From positions 6,076-70,075 of IMG/VR virus record IMGVR_UViG_3300028603_000039: DNA of 64,000 bases. One strand, 5' to 3'. Position 1 is the first letter of the stretch. Every line of letters begins with the position of its first letter. Position numbers and translations under genes: made by a program. Shown piece by piece: positions 9,125-19,063 of the stretch. The DNA is from a virus. Its lineage: Duplodnaviria > Caudoviricetes. The notes under the pieces were generated by a model. The model was not told where the DNA came from. It saw only the letters and a list, made by a program, of their open reading frames with translations, and did no database searches.

Positions 9125-10255
9125 ATGTTTAAATACTCACATCAGTCTATAAGCTTAGATGAGGTATCTGTAATACCAGAGTCGGTAACTACTATAAGTG
9201 ACGACGATGTTGATTTAACTATGTGGATAGGGGACTTAAAGCTCAAGTTGCCTATTGTAGGCGCCGCTATGGATAGCGTTATGTCGGTCAAGTCGTTATT
9301 AGAACTAGGAAGGCTTGGTGGCATCGGCATTGTTAACCTATGCGGTTTGATCTCAAGGTATCCGTTAGATAAATATAATGATATATATGCAGAACTTGCA
9401 AGTTCCCCGTCTGTGTCTACCTTACAGAAGATTTATAACTCAGAGCCGGTTAATATGGTAGTATTGCAGAGCAACTTGGCAAAATTGCAGGAGATAGTTG
9501 GGGATGTAGAATTTGCTGTATCTGCTACTCCACAACAGGCTGAAAGGTTGTTTGGCGTTGCAATGCAACAAGGCATAAGAGCTTTAGTTATCCAGTCGTC
9601 GTTTATATCACCGTACTGGTCGTCGAGTAAGGCTACTGGTCTCAATGTTGGAAAATTTATCCAATATGCGCGCCAAAACGGGTGCACGGTAATGGTTGGT
9701 AATGTGGCCAGTTTGAATGCAGCTGTACCCTTTATAGAGGCTGGTGTAGATGCTATTATTGAAGGTGTTGGACCTGGAGTCCAGTGTACCACTCGCTTTG
9801 TTTTAGGCATAGGAGCTGGACATGTTACTACGATAGACGACTTACGTGGATATATTGAAAAGCAGAAATCTAGGACAATTATTATAGCAGATGGTGGCAT
9901 ACACAATAGTGGCGACATTGTTAAATTGATGTGTTGTGGTGCTCATGCTGTTATTTTGGGCGGTATGATATCCAAAACAGTAGAGTCGCCGTTTAATGGA
10001 TATCATTGGGGCATGTCGGCCTATCACCATACTCTGCCCAGAGGCACGCTTTTGCATTATGAGGTTGAAGATGGGGCTACAATAGAAAGGTTGTTAATGG
10101 GGCCGTCCACAAGAGCCGATGGTACATTGGCGCTCATTCCAGCCATAAAGAATGCTTTATCTAATTTGGGTTGTAATAGTATAAATAATGCCTACAGAGA
10201 TACATTGGTAACGCGGTTTGCTGGCATACTAACAGAGGGTAAAGATAAAAAATGA
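9125..10255 (+). CDS. guaB: IMP dehydrogenase/GMP reductase family (GuaB3-like, no CBS domain)
   Basis: SLDEVSVIP, AAMDSV, catalytic loop GVGPGVQCTTR, IADGGI, GMSA. Confidence 0.8.
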   Translation: MFKYSHQSISLDEVSVIPESVTTISDDDVDLTMWIGDLKLKLPIVGAAMDSVMSVKSLLELGRLGGIGIVNLCGLISRYPLDKYNDIYAELASSPSVSTLQKIYNSEPVNMVVLQSNLAKLQEIVGDVEFAVSATPQQAERLFGVAMQQGIRALVIQSSFISPYWSSSKATGLNVGKFIQYARQNGCTVMVGNVASLNAAVPFIEAGVDAIIEGVGPGVQCTTRFVLGIGAGHVTTIDDLRGYIEKQKSRTIIIADGGIHNSGDIVKLMCCGAHAVILGGMISKTVESPFNGYHWGMSAYHHTLPRGTLLHYEVEDGATIERLLMGPSTRADGTLALIPAIKNALSNLGCNSINNAYRDTLVTRFAGILTEGKDKK

Positions 10256-10278
10256 TGACGAATAAGGAAGCGAAGTAG

Positions 10279-11049
10279 ATGTATGGATATATTTACAAGA
10301 CGACAAACTCGATAACTGGCAAGATTTATATAGGGCAACATAAAGGCGATTTTGATATTGACTATTTGGGTAGCGGGTTGTACTTAGAGAATGCTGTAAA
10401 GAAATATGGTAAAAATAACTTTGTCGTTATTTTGTTGGCGCAGGCTATTGATAAGAGGCTTATAAATACCTTGGAAAAATACTATATAGAAGTTTATCGT
10501 AGAGAGTTAGGTAAAAACGGGTTATATAATATAGCAGACGGTGGTGATGGCGGTTTTGTAATGTGTGGTGATATCAATCCGACTAAGAGGTTTGAAGTTA
10601 GGGAAAAATTACGAATAGCCAGTTTAGGTAAGCATCCTTCAGAAGAAACTAAAGAGAAAATACGATTGGCCGGTTTAGGTAATTGTCGTTTTAAGGGCAA
10701 ACATCATTCAGACAAAACCAAAGAGAAGGATAGGTTATCTAGTTTGGGTAAGCATCATACTAAGGAATCTAAAGAAAAACTAAGGCTGTATCGTTTGGGT
10801 AAGCATCATACTGAGGAGTCCAAAGAAAAATTGAGAGGTAACAAGAACCCATCCAAAAGACCTGAAGTTAGGGAGAAGCTTAGGTTGGTTGGTATGGGCG
10901 ATAAGAATTCAGCTAGAAGACCAGAAGTTAGAGAGAAAATGAGATTGGCTCGTTTAGGTAAACACCATTCAGAAGAAACCAAGGAAAAGATTCGATTAGC
11001 TCGTGCTAAACAAGAGGTTAGAAAGAAGGTAGTAAGTATAATCTACTGA
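10279..11049 (+). CDS. Free-standing GIY-YIG homing endonuclease with NUMOD3-type repeats
   Basis: GYIY..N....IYIGQ and repeated GKHH(S/T)EE(T/S)KEK(I/L)R. Confidence 0.88.
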   Translation: MYGYIYKTTNSITGKIYIGQHKGDFDIDYLGSGLYLENAVKKYGKNNFVVILLAQAIDKRLINTLEKYYIEVYRRELGKNGLYNIADGGDGGFVMCGDINPTKRFEVREKLRIASLGKHPSEETKEKIRLAGLGNCRFKGKHHSDKTKEKDRLSSLGKHHTKESKEKLRLYRLGKHHTEESKEKLRGNKNPSKRPEVREKLRLVGMGDKNSARRPEVREKMRLARLGKHHSEETKEKIRLARAKQEVRKKVVSIIY

Positions 11050-11054
11050 TAATC

Positions 11055-11084
11055 TTGTTGGAATATACATCGTTGTGGTATAAT
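11055..11084 (+). promoter_or_regulatory. sigma70-type promoter, extended -10
   Basis: TTGTTG-N18-TATAAT with TGTGG before the -10. Confidence 0.65.
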
Positions 11085-11109
11085 GGTTGTATAACAAGGA
11101 GATGGTGAG

Positions 11110-11406
11110 ATGGTAATGTACACATTGAAACAGTTATCCAAAGAAATCGGTGTATCAAAGGCGTGGTTTTATAAAGTTGAGCAGTGCTTTGGGTTAAGAT
11201 CGTGGGCAAGTAGGTTGTCTGGTAAGAAAAGTCAATATAATGATGAACAATTAAGGTTGTTTAGACAGGTTTATTTTTTGAGACTGTCTGGAATTGGTTA
11301 TGCCAGAATAAAGCGCATATTGGATAACGAGTTATTGCCATCAGAACGCGAAAGAGTAGAGAGGTTTTATAACTGCATGACAAGAGCGTACAACGAGGTA
11401 ATGTAG
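11110..11406 (+). CDS. MerR-like HTH protein
   Basis: YTLKQLSKEIGVS...Y...GL...R..Y.DEQLR. Confidence 0.6.
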   Translation: MVMYTLKQLSKEIGVSKAWFYKVEQCFGLRSWASRLSGKKSQYNDEQLRLFRQVYFLRLSGIGYARIKRILDNELLPSERERVERFYNCMTRAYNEVM

Positions 11407-11408
11407 AG

Positions 11409-11993
11409 ATGTCGACTAAGATACTATATGTAGATACCGAGACTACGGGTATGTCTCCTATTTACCATGGTATAGTCGAGTTGGCAATAATTGTTGAGAT
11501 TGATGGGCTTATTGCTGAGAAACACCACTTTAAGGCGCGCCCATTCGAAACAGACCGCATTAATGCTGATTCGTTGAAACTCCTCAACCTGACTATCGAT
11601 GAGATAAAATCCTATCCAGATCCTAATCAAATGTATTGGGACTTAGTAAAGGTACTTAACAAGTATGTAGATAGGTATGATAAAGATAAAACCCTTAAGT
11701 TTTTCCCGGTTGGTTACAATGTTCAGTTTGACCTTGATTTTTTGCAGGAGTTTTTTAGGAAGAATGGCGATCAGTTTATCGGATCTTATTTTAACTGGCG
11801 GAAGATGGATGTTTTACAACTTCTTTACTTGGCTCACTATAAGGGTCAGATAAACCTTGAAAGTTATAAGCTTGCAAATGTGTGTGAGTATTTTGGTATT
11901 GACCTTGAAGCGCACGATGCGATGAGCGATTTAGTTGCTACCCGCGAGTTGTTTAACAAGTTAGAACCTAAAATATTGGTTGCTGCATTATAG
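11409..11993 (+). CDS. DEDDh 3'-5' exonuclease (DnaQ-like)
   Basis: DTETTG, GYNVQFD, HDAMSD. Confidence 0.88.
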   Translation: MSTKILYVDTETTGMSPIYHGIVELAIIVEIDGLIAEKHHFKARPFETDRINADSLKLLNLTIDEIKSYPDPNQMYWDLVKVLNKYVDRYDKDKTLKFFPVGYNVQFDLDFLQEFFRKNGDQFIGSYFNWRKMDVLQLLYLAHYKGQINLESYKLANVCEYFGIDLEAHDAMSDLVATRELFNKLEPKILVAAL

Positions 11994-12002
11994 GGGGATG
12001 TT

Positions 12003-12212
12003 ATGTTAACTGTTGGAGTTTCTGGGAGGAGATCAAAGTGTTCAAATAAAAAATGTACTAGGGGCATTAGTGCTGGGGAACGTATTGTTATAAACCAAGT
12101 AGGTCGTTATAAAAAGAAATACTGTAGAACTTGTGGGTACATTGAATTAAAGAAAGAACGTAACAGGTTGTTCGCATTAGAAACGTCCATATATGGACAT
12201 GGAGGAGCGTAA
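12003..12212 (+). CDS. Small zinc-finger protein (PARP-type-finger-like)
   Basis: SGRRSKCSNKKCTRGISAGERI...YCRTC. Confidence 0.4.
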   Translation: MLTVGVSGRRSKCSNKKCTRGISAGERIVINQVGRYKKKYCRTCGYIELKKERNRLFALETSIYGHGGA

Positions 12213-12526
12213 TGGAGAGGCAAAAAGTGGTGTCTTCTAACATTGGTGCAGTCGGGTATGACGGAACAAACCAGATATTAGAGGTGCAGTTTACATCTGG
12301 TAAAGTTTATCAGTATTCTGGTGTCCCTAAAGAAATTTACGAGAATATGTTGCAGGCAGAATCTAAGGGCAGGTATTTTGCATCTAATATAAGGAATACT
12401 GGTGGTAAGTACCCAGCCAAATTGGTAGTAGAAGAAGTGAAGCCAACCGAGGAGAAAAAAGAGGAGATTGTGCCAGATGTTAAGAAAGAGGAAGACAAAC
12501 CAGAAGGCGGGTGCTCCTGCTCTTAA
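12212..12526 (+). CDS. KTSC domain protein
   Basis: SSNIGAVGYD...LEVQF.SG.VYQY.GVP...Y..ML.AESKGRYF. Confidence 0.88.
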   Translation: MERQKVVSSNIGAVGYDGTNQILEVQFTSGKVYQYSGVPKEIYENMLQAESKGRYFASNIRNTGGKYPAKLVVEEVKPTEEKKEEIVPDVKKEEDKPEGGCSCS

Positions 12527-12902
12527 AGGTTTTACGGGTCTTGAAAAGGATGCTCCGATTGTAACGAATGAAAGGGGCGGGGTGTCATCTGGTACTGCGT
12601 TTGCGTACCACCTAATAGATCCAGTTGCTTTGCAGGAGTTAGCAAAGGTGATGCGATATGGGGAGCAGAAGGGGTATTTAAGGGATAATTGGCGTCTTTT
12701 GTCTATAGAGGACCACTTGAATCATACCATAATGCACATTATGGCACATCAAGCTGGTGATAAACAAGATGATCATTTGGAGCATGCTTTTACTAGGATG
12801 ATGATGGCTGTAGCCATAAAGCATCGCCCAGATTATTTGGGGTGTTTGGGTAAACAAAAAAGGCTGGTTGTATGTAAAACACATACTAACAGGAGAAAAT
12901 AA
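12468..12902 (+). CDS. dATP/dGTP diphosphohydrolase N-terminal-like domain (DUF5664-like)
   Basis: YHLIDP.AL.ELAKV.RYG..K....NW....EDHLNH...H......DDHLEHA pattern. The start may be ATG 12477. Confidence 0.65.
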   Translation: MCQMLRKRKTNQKAGAPALKGFTGLEKDAPIVTNERGGVSSGTAFAYHLIDPVALQELAKVMRYGEQKGYLRDNWRLLSIEDHLNHTIMHIMAHQAGDKQDDHLEHAFTRMMMAVAIKHRPDYLGCLGKQKRLVVCKTHTNRRK

Positions 12903-13123
12903 TGGCTAAGCCAGTAAAGGGCAATAGAGCAATTGATTTGGAAGTTCAGAAAGCAACTAGGGTATTAAAGAACCTTGTAGAGTATAACCCGCGCCAGCTT
13001 GATCGTGATACGTGGATGCTGGTATACATGACATGTAGAGGTTTGGAAACAGATGCTGTTAGGTTTCTATTGGCGCGTGATCAACAGAGTTTAGGGGGCA
13101 AAGTGGGGCGTATTAGGAGGTAA
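12902..13123 (+). CDS. Hypothetical protein
   Basis: Coupled ORF with RBS. Confidence 0.6.
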   Translation: MAKPVKGNRAIDLEVQKATRVLKNLVEYNPRQLDRDTWMLVYMTCRGLETDAVRFLLARDQQSLGGKVGRIRR

Positions 13124-13127
13124 CAAC

Positions 13128-13316
13128 GTGGCAAGGAATACGAACAAGGGAACCAAACCTGTTGTAAGTGTTTGGTTGTCGGATTCAGAAAGGTTGGGGG
13201 TGGCTAGTGCTCTTTTGGATCCTGGCAAAGTTCATTTAGTTGTAAAGAAAAGTGCAAACAAAGCTGTGTCTTTTTATTTTAATGATAAATTGGTGTTAAA
13301 GTTGGTTGATAAATAA
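13128..13316 (+). CDS. Hypothetical protein
   Basis: GTG start after AGGAGG. Confidence 0.55.
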   Translation: MARNTNKGTKPVVSVWLSDSERLGVASALLDPGKVHLVVKKSANKAVSFYFNDKLVLKLVDK

Positions 13317-13341
13317 ACATACTTGTAATTTATTAACTATA

Positions 13342-13370
13342 TTGACTTTACAACTGCGATGTGGTATAAT
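13342..13370 (+). promoter_or_regulatory. sigma70-type promoter
   Basis: TTGACT-N17-TATAAT with TGTGG. Confidence 0.8.
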
Positions 13371-13392
13371 GTCAGTATGATAAGGAGTACTA

Positions 13393-13890
13393 ATGCGTAC
13401 GTACAATGATAAGTTAATGATAGAGTTAGTTATCCGCAAGGAAGGTAATGAGGATAAGCTGGCTCAATTTACGGATGTTATAGTTGAATATATGACTACA
13501 GAGCTGGACGATAAATGGGTTTTAGACGTTCCTATTGATTGGTCTGGGTTTGGTGATAGTGGGATGATGCGAGATATGCTTAATGTCTTTGGGGAGACTA
13601 TTTACGTAGCTTTAGCTTATTTTGCTTCGGAGGGCGAGACGGTTACAGATATCTACGGAGACTATGTAGATAGGTATGTTGCTTCAGTTGATGGGAAAAG
13701 AGCGGATAAGTATGTCAAGAAGAACTTAAAGATAACAAGGGTTATGAATAAGGAAGAGAATATTTTTGAGGTAAAGTCGTACGTCCTCGATTTGCGCGTT
13801 GTCCCTCCGTTTATTAAAATATTAGACGTTTATTCTGGATCCAAGGAGTCTGGTATACAGGTAGTTGACTTTTTGAGCGGGAATAGGTAA
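13393..13890 (+). CDS. Hypothetical protein
   Basis: First gene after the promoter; AAGGAG RBS. Confidence 0.7.
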   Translation: MRTYNDKLMIELVIRKEGNEDKLAQFTDVIVEYMTTELDDKWVLDVPIDWSGFGDSGMMRDMLNVFGETIYVALAYFASEGETVTDIYGDYVDRYVASVDGKRADKYVKKNLKITRVMNKEENIFEVKSYVLDLRVVPPFIKILDVYSGSKESGIQVVDFLSGNR

Positions 13891-13916
13891 CAGGTAACCA
13901 ACAAAAGAGGAGGTGT

Positions 13917-14870
13917 GTGATGGTGTTTTGGCAAAGGTTGAACTCGCGTATAGATGAGATGCAGACGTTCAAGCTTGGGTTAAAGGATATACTTGATGCT
14001 GACTGGGATACCACATCACACGATGTAGTGATGCAAGCTGAAGGCATTGCATTTAACTATAACCTGAGTACTTTCCTGTCCCCCATATTTGGAAACTTTT
14101 GGCGCGTTTTGTATGCTGAGGGCGACTTTGAGGGGATTAAGTCTGCCCTGCACAACTATTACAAATATATAAGCAAGCCTAACATTATAGCTGATGTTAT
14201 AATTGCCAAGAATGAAGAAGATAACTTTCTTATTCGTACCAAATCTTTGGGCGGCGGAGATGGTGGCAAGGAGAAGGCAGTTGTAGATATTAACGTTCTG
14301 TTGAAGGATATAAACAAATGGTTTCCGTACAACAGCACTGTGGTTGGATCTAATGGAAGTCACGTAGAATTTCAGTTTTTGGATACTACAAACAGGATAG
14401 ATGCTAGCAAAAACGACTTCATCGATCCGGGCTTGTTTGTTTCAGTAAATGGGAAGGTACAAGTATCGCCCGGATTAAACAGGTTGATATGTACAAACGG
14501 GTTAGTTGAGCGGTATCACGACTTTGGTGGAAAGGAGTACAAGTTTGGGGACGAGTTCCTCAAGCGCGGCGTAGAATTAATGAAGTGGTTGGTTGAACAG
14601 CAACGTGAGTTGGTACCTAGTGTTAAAGAATTGTCTGTTGTTACCCACTGCCTGCCGTCGCCTATGACAACTAAATACTGGAAGGAATGGTCGCAGGGTA
14701 TAGAGGAAAGGAAGTTGACATATTATGATGTAATTGATAATATTACATCATATGCCAACAAACATGTTGATTCTACTAGGAATCGCATACTTTCGTTTCC
14801 AGCTGCGTATGCCGAATATAAGAAGAATGGCGCGTGTCCTGTTTGTCACAGCGATGTAAGTCAGGAGTAA
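13917..14870 (+). CDS. Hypothetical protein, possibly DUF932-like
   Basis: PGLNRLICTNGL resembles the DUF932 signature; C-terminal CPVC. Confidence 0.4.
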   Translation: MMVFWQRLNSRIDEMQTFKLGLKDILDADWDTTSHDVVMQAEGIAFNYNLSTFLSPIFGNFWRVLYAEGDFEGIKSALHNYYKYISKPNIIADVIIAKNEEDNFLIRTKSLGGGDGGKEKAVVDINVLLKDINKWFPYNSTVVGSNGSHVEFQFLDTTNRIDASKNDFIDPGLFVSVNGKVQVSPGLNRLICTNGLVERYHDFGGKEYKFGDEFLKRGVELMKWLVEQQRELVPSVKELSVVTHCLPSPMTTKYWKEWSQGIEERKLTYYDVIDNITSYANKHVDSTRNRILSFPAAYAEYKKNGACPVCHSDVSQE

Positions 14871-14871
14871 T

Positions 14872-15096
14872 ATGAAGGTATGCACTAAGTGTAGACACAA
14901 AGGTTGGTCTACTGATAAGTTTTGTACAAAATGCGGCAATACATCTTTTGTAGACATTACTAAGTATTGCCCTGAATGCGGGTCTGTAATAATTTCTGGT
15001 GATTGGTTTTGTGGTCAATGTGGCAGGGTACTTGTTAAACCTATGCCGCACGTAGCTTGGGCGTTTGCACAACTTTTTGGGAGAAAGAAGGTATGA
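14872..15096 (+). CDS. Double zinc-ribbon protein
   Basis: Four CxxC pairs. Confidence 0.7.
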   Translation: MKVCTKCRHKGWSTDKFCTKCGNTSFVDITKYCPECGSVIISGDWFCGQCGRVLVKPMPHVAWAFAQLFGRKKV

Positions 15097-18056
15097 AGAT
15101 AGGAATATTTTCTGATCTGCAATTGCATTCTTGGCGTTCGTTTGGTATGTCTGATGATGATGTAATATCAAAGCGATTGCAAGATCAGATAAGCATCTTA
15201 AACCAAATACATACAATTGTTAAAGACAACCAGATTGACGTGCTTATATTTGGTGGGGATGGTTGGCATAAGCGCGGCGATATTCCTGTTGAATGTTTAA
15301 ATGTTTTAATTGATTGGTATGAGAAAATATCTAAAATATGTACAGTATTGCTCTGTCGTGGTAATCATGATTTATTTAATGATCGTAAGTACCATAAACT
15401 ATACGATGCTTTAAATATATTAGATCACGGAGCTTCTCAAACTGTAGGTCTTAACGGTACAAGCATCCGACTTGTTAACTACTATGATAACCCAGATTAT
15501 GATAAGATAAACCGAACTGATATAGTAGTATTACATAAGCAACCAGAAATGGTCAATGAATACGGTCACCATTTTGTTGGGGTGGATTGGAGTAAGCTGT
15601 CTGAGAATAATAGGTTAGTATTTTTCGGGCATTACCATAAGAGGATGCGCCTTGCTAATAACTGCTTTATAATTGGATCCCCCCTGCCATTAACTTTTGA
15701 TGATAAAGACGATAGGGGTATGTATATAGTAGACACAAATGGCCCCGGATCGAGCTTGTTATATGACCATGAGATTGTAAACGACTACGCTGTAGCATTT
15801 GTTAAGCTTGAATACCCCAAATTCCTTACTGTAGATGATTCAGCTAGCGTTGTACACGGAGACGGTAATTATTATAGAGTACTAAGTGCCACATCGAAAT
15901 CTGATGATGCAAATGTTATAAACGTGGTTAAACCAGAGTACTTCGATGAGCGTATTAAGTCTAACAACTTCAATGACGTAATACATGAGTGGTTGGCTAT
16001 TAATAAGTTGGATGATGCCTATTTGACTCCTTTGGATGGTATAATATCCGATAAGATACAATCTGTTAAAAAGTTGTTTGGTGGGCGTGCGTTTTCTGTA
16101 AAAGCCAAAAACTTCCTTTCCCTTGGCGATGTAAACTTAAAAATTGAAAATGGGTTTACCCTTATATCTGGTCTTAACCTAGATACTAACGATTCAAACG
16201 GATCAGGGAAGACTTCTTTGTTTGAGGCCATATACTGGTGTTTATTTGGGGAGACTACTAGGGGGTTGACTGGGGATGATGTTATACGTAGAGGTTGTAA
16301 GGATTGTTATGTAGAGCTTATATTAGATTGGCCTGAATATAATACATGCTATACTGTAAGCCGATCTAGGAAAGACGGGTTGTCTGTAACCCAACAAGAC
16401 GAAGTGGAGGCATGCGATTGTACTACTGGTTTGAAGCAAATAGATAGGCAACTTTTCCTTGAAGAGCAGGTACTTGGATTTGATAAGAATGTGTTTAAAT
16501 CCTCGTGTTATTTCTCTCAAGAGAATATACTCATGTTTACTAGTCTTTCTGATGTTGAAAAGACTAATATGCTTACTAAGTTGCTTGGGTTTGAGACATA
16601 TGTGGATTTGTATGAAGCTGTTTTTGATAAGATTAAAAAGTCCAACTTGGAAATTGAAAGGATTGAAAGAGATAAACAAGAAGCTGGCAATCAAATAAAA
16701 AATAACCAATCTAAAATAGAAATATTGGATAGGAACATAGCCAATTGTCAGTCTAATATAGCGCGCATTACATCTAGTATATCCGATTGTAAACAGTTGA
16801 TATTGGATATGGAGTCGTATGCAGATCTTCCCGTTGATGAAGTGGATTTTAGGTTGCTTATTGACCAGAAGAGTGTAGAAATAGAAGAGATTGAAAAGTT
16901 GGTAGAGGAATACGATCGTCAAATAGATGATCAGAAGACAAAGTATAATGAACTAAATAATAAGTTGATTCTGACCCGAGCAGAACGCAATGCAGCCATG
17001 TCTGAAATAGAAGTTAAGCGAAGCGAAATAAACAACCTGACTAGTAGTGAATCCAGTTTAGGAGAGAAGTGTGACAAGTGCGGTGCTGTAATAAGTAAGG
17101 ATAACATCGATGTGTTTGTCCAAGAAAAAGAAGAAGTGATTACCTTCTTTAACAAAGGTATAAAAGATATAGATGGTCGCATAGGCGCAATAACGAATGA
17201 GTTGCAGGATGTATCAAACAAAATTGCTGAACTTCAAAATACTCGATTGGGTATCGGTAATCGTTTAAGGGTTGCTCGTGCTGAGCTTAAGGATTTAAAT
17301 GATAAGCAAGTTCAACACCAAGCCAAAGTTGCACAGTTTAATAAGGACAAGGAATTGAGGGAATCAAAGATTTCTGGACAACGCGATTTGATTAATACTT
17401 ATCAAGCTCAAATCGGTATGTATACCACAGATATAGATAAGAGTCAAGGGGACAAAAATAAGTATACAGAGTTGATAGTTGAATGGGATAATAAGGCTTC
17501 CCAGTTGTCTCTTAACATTGAAGATATAAATAAAACTATTAATATTCTGGAGTTTTGGAAGAAATCTTTCTCGCCGTCTGGTATAAGAACGTTGCTTTTG
17601 GATAGGTTCTGCAATGAGTTTAACTCGGTTGTCAACGAGTACTTGTCTACAGTAAGTGCTGGTACCATGTCGATAACGGTCAGCCCAACCAAGACCTTAA
17701 AGTCAGGCGAAGAGCGTAACAAAATTGGATTAGATATTTACATGAATGGGGTACTAGTAAAGTATGAGTCGTTGTCTGGCGGTGAGAAGAGGCGGGTTGA
17801 CATATCAATATGTTTAACGATGAATAGGTGGGTACGTATGAAGTACCAGCTCAATCGTGGATTGTTAGGCATACTTATATTGGATGAGTTATTTGCATAT
17901 GTGGACGGATTGGGTGAGGAGACAATTGCTACTGTTCTTACAAACGAGGGGCTTGATAAGGCTGTATATGTTGTATCACATACGGCAGACTTAAATAGCT
18001 ACGGGGATAGGATGTTAACTGTGGTTAAGCGCAACGGGGTTTCGGAGTTATTATAG
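15093..18056 (+). CDS. SbcD/Mre11 nuclease fused to SbcC/Rad50 ATPase
   Basis: DLQLH, GD, GNHD, GHYH metallophosphoesterase motifs. Then KNFLS, Walker A NGSGKT, a coiled coil with CDKC hook, LSGGEKRR and ILDE. One uninterrupted frame. Confidence 0.9.
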   Translation: MKIGIFSDLQLHSWRSFGMSDDDVISKRLQDQISILNQIHTIVKDNQIDVLIFGGDGWHKRGDIPVECLNVLIDWYEKISKICTVLLCRGNHDLFNDRKYHKLYDALNILDHGASQTVGLNGTSIRLVNYYDNPDYDKINRTDIVVLHKQPEMVNEYGHHFVGVDWSKLSENNRLVFFGHYHKRMRLANNCFIIGSPLPLTFDDKDDRGMYIVDTNGPGSSLLYDHEIVNDYAVAFVKLEYPKFLTVDDSASVVHGDGNYYRVLSATSKSDDANVINVVKPEYFDERIKSNNFNDVIHEWLAINKLDDAYLTPLDGIISDKIQSVKKLFGGRAFSVKAKNFLSLGDVNLKIENGFTLISGLNLDTNDSNGSGKTSLFEAIYWCLFGETTRGLTGDDVIRRGCKDCYVELILDWPEYNTCYTVSRSRKDGLSVTQQDEVEACDCTTGLKQIDRQLFLEEQVLGFDKNVFKSSCYFSQENILMFTSLSDVEKTNMLTKLLGFETYVDLYEAVFDKIKKSNLEIERIERDKQEAGNQIKNNQSKIEILDRNIANCQSNIARITSSISDCKQLILDMESYADLPVDEVDFRLLIDQKSVEIEEIEKLVEEYDRQIDDQKTKYNELNNKLILTRAERNAAMSEIEVKRSEINNLTSSESSLGEKCDKCGAVISKDNIDVFVQEKEEVITFFNKGIKDIDGRIGAITNELQDVSNKIAELQNTRLGIGNRLRVARAELKDLNDKQVQHQAKVAQFNKDKELRESKISGQRDLINTYQAQIGMYTTDIDKSQGDKNKYTELIVEWDNKASQLSLNIEDINKTINILEFWKKSFSPSGIRTLLLDRFCNEFNSVVNEYLSTVSAGTMSITVSPTKTLKSGEERNKIGLDIYMNGVLVKYESLSGGEKRRVDISICLTMNRWVRMKYQLNRGLLGILILDELFAYVDGLGEETIATVLTNEGLDKAVYVVSHTADLNSYGDRMLTVVKRNGVSELL

Positions 18057-18067
18057 GAGGTAGCCAA

Positions 18068-18310
18068 ATGCGGTGTGTAGACTGTTTAAACCTTAAGACG
18101 AAGACCTTTACAAGGGATACTATACGCGAGGCTCCAGAATTTCGTGTACCCGCTGTTATGCGTATGTTGTCAATAAAAGAGTCTGCTCAGGTTTGTTGGT
18201 GTGCTTTGGGTAAACTACCGCGTAAGATTTACATATACCCGTCTGTGCTAATTGAAAACAAGGAAAGTCCTCAGTGTGATATATTGTTAAAGGAGACAAT
18301 CAAGCTGTGA
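18068..18310 (+). CDS. Hypothetical protein
   Basis: AGGAGG RBS, coupled ORF. Confidence 0.6.
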   Translation: MRCVDCLNLKTKTFTRDTIREAPEFRVPAVMRMLSIKESAQVCWCALGKLPRKIYIYPSVLIENKESPQCDILLKETIKL

Positions 18311-18843
18311 AACCCGGGTACGGAAGTCGCAAGGGGTCCTCTTTTGAGCGCAAAATTTCTAAAGAGCTTTCGCTTTGGTGGACAGATGGTAAAAGTGATG
18401 GATGTTTTTGGAGAACGCACTCATCTGGGGCTTTGGGTACTAGGAGCAAGAAACCAACCGAGTATGGGGACTTGATGTCCATTAGTGATGTTGGTCAGCC
18501 GTTTACTAAAAGGTTTCATTTAGAGCTTCGGCATGGTAAGTGCATCCGTATACAGGATTTAGTATATTCTCCAAAGGCATCATCATCTAACATGACTGGG
18601 TTTATAGAGGAGGGTATAAGAGGAGCAAAGGCATCTGGCAGGGTTCCGTTGTGGATTTTCAGGGAGCAGGGCAAACCAGTTATGATTATGCTTTTATCCG
18701 CTGAGACTATATTTTATATGAATACAGATCAAAATATTTCAGTAAACCATGCAATAGAAATGTACCTTCCTAAAATTGGCATAATGGTGATGACGTTTGA
18801 CAACTTCAAGAAGTACTTCAACAAAAGGAAACTAAATGGCTGA
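18307..18843 (+). CDS. PD-(D/E)xK Holliday-junction-resolvase-like nuclease
   Basis: KGSSFERKI...FWRT..SGA...GDL...LELR; adjacent to the SbcCD fusion. Confidence 0.65.
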   Translation: MKPGYGSRKGSSFERKISKELSLWWTDGKSDGCFWRTHSSGALGTRSKKPTEYGDLMSISDVGQPFTKRFHLELRHGKCIRIQDLVYSPKASSSNMTGFIEEGIRGAKASGRVPLWIFREQGKPVMIMLLSAETIFYMNTDQNISVNHAIEMYLPKIGIMVMTFDNFKKYFNKRKLNG

Positions 18844-19063
18844 CAAGCACAACAAGGTAATTGGAGACGAGGCAAAAATTATTTTTGCTGATAGGATGGC
18901 TAAGGGTCAGTGTTCAATTTGTGGACAAGAGTTGGGTAAAGACAGAGAGCTTGTAACTGATGTTAATTATGGTGAAATATTTGTATGCGCTCACCATATA
19001 CGTAATAAACCTAAGTTAGGGGTGGATATCAAGAAGGAGGACGTTGCAGTTAATGAAACTTAA
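18836..19063 (+). CDS. Small hypothetical protein (CxxC...CxxH)
   Basis: Coupled ORF. Confidence 0.55.
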   Translation: MADKHNKVIGDEAKIIFADRMAKGQCSICGQELGKDRELVTDVNYGEIFVCAHHIRNKPKLGVDIKKEDVAVNET

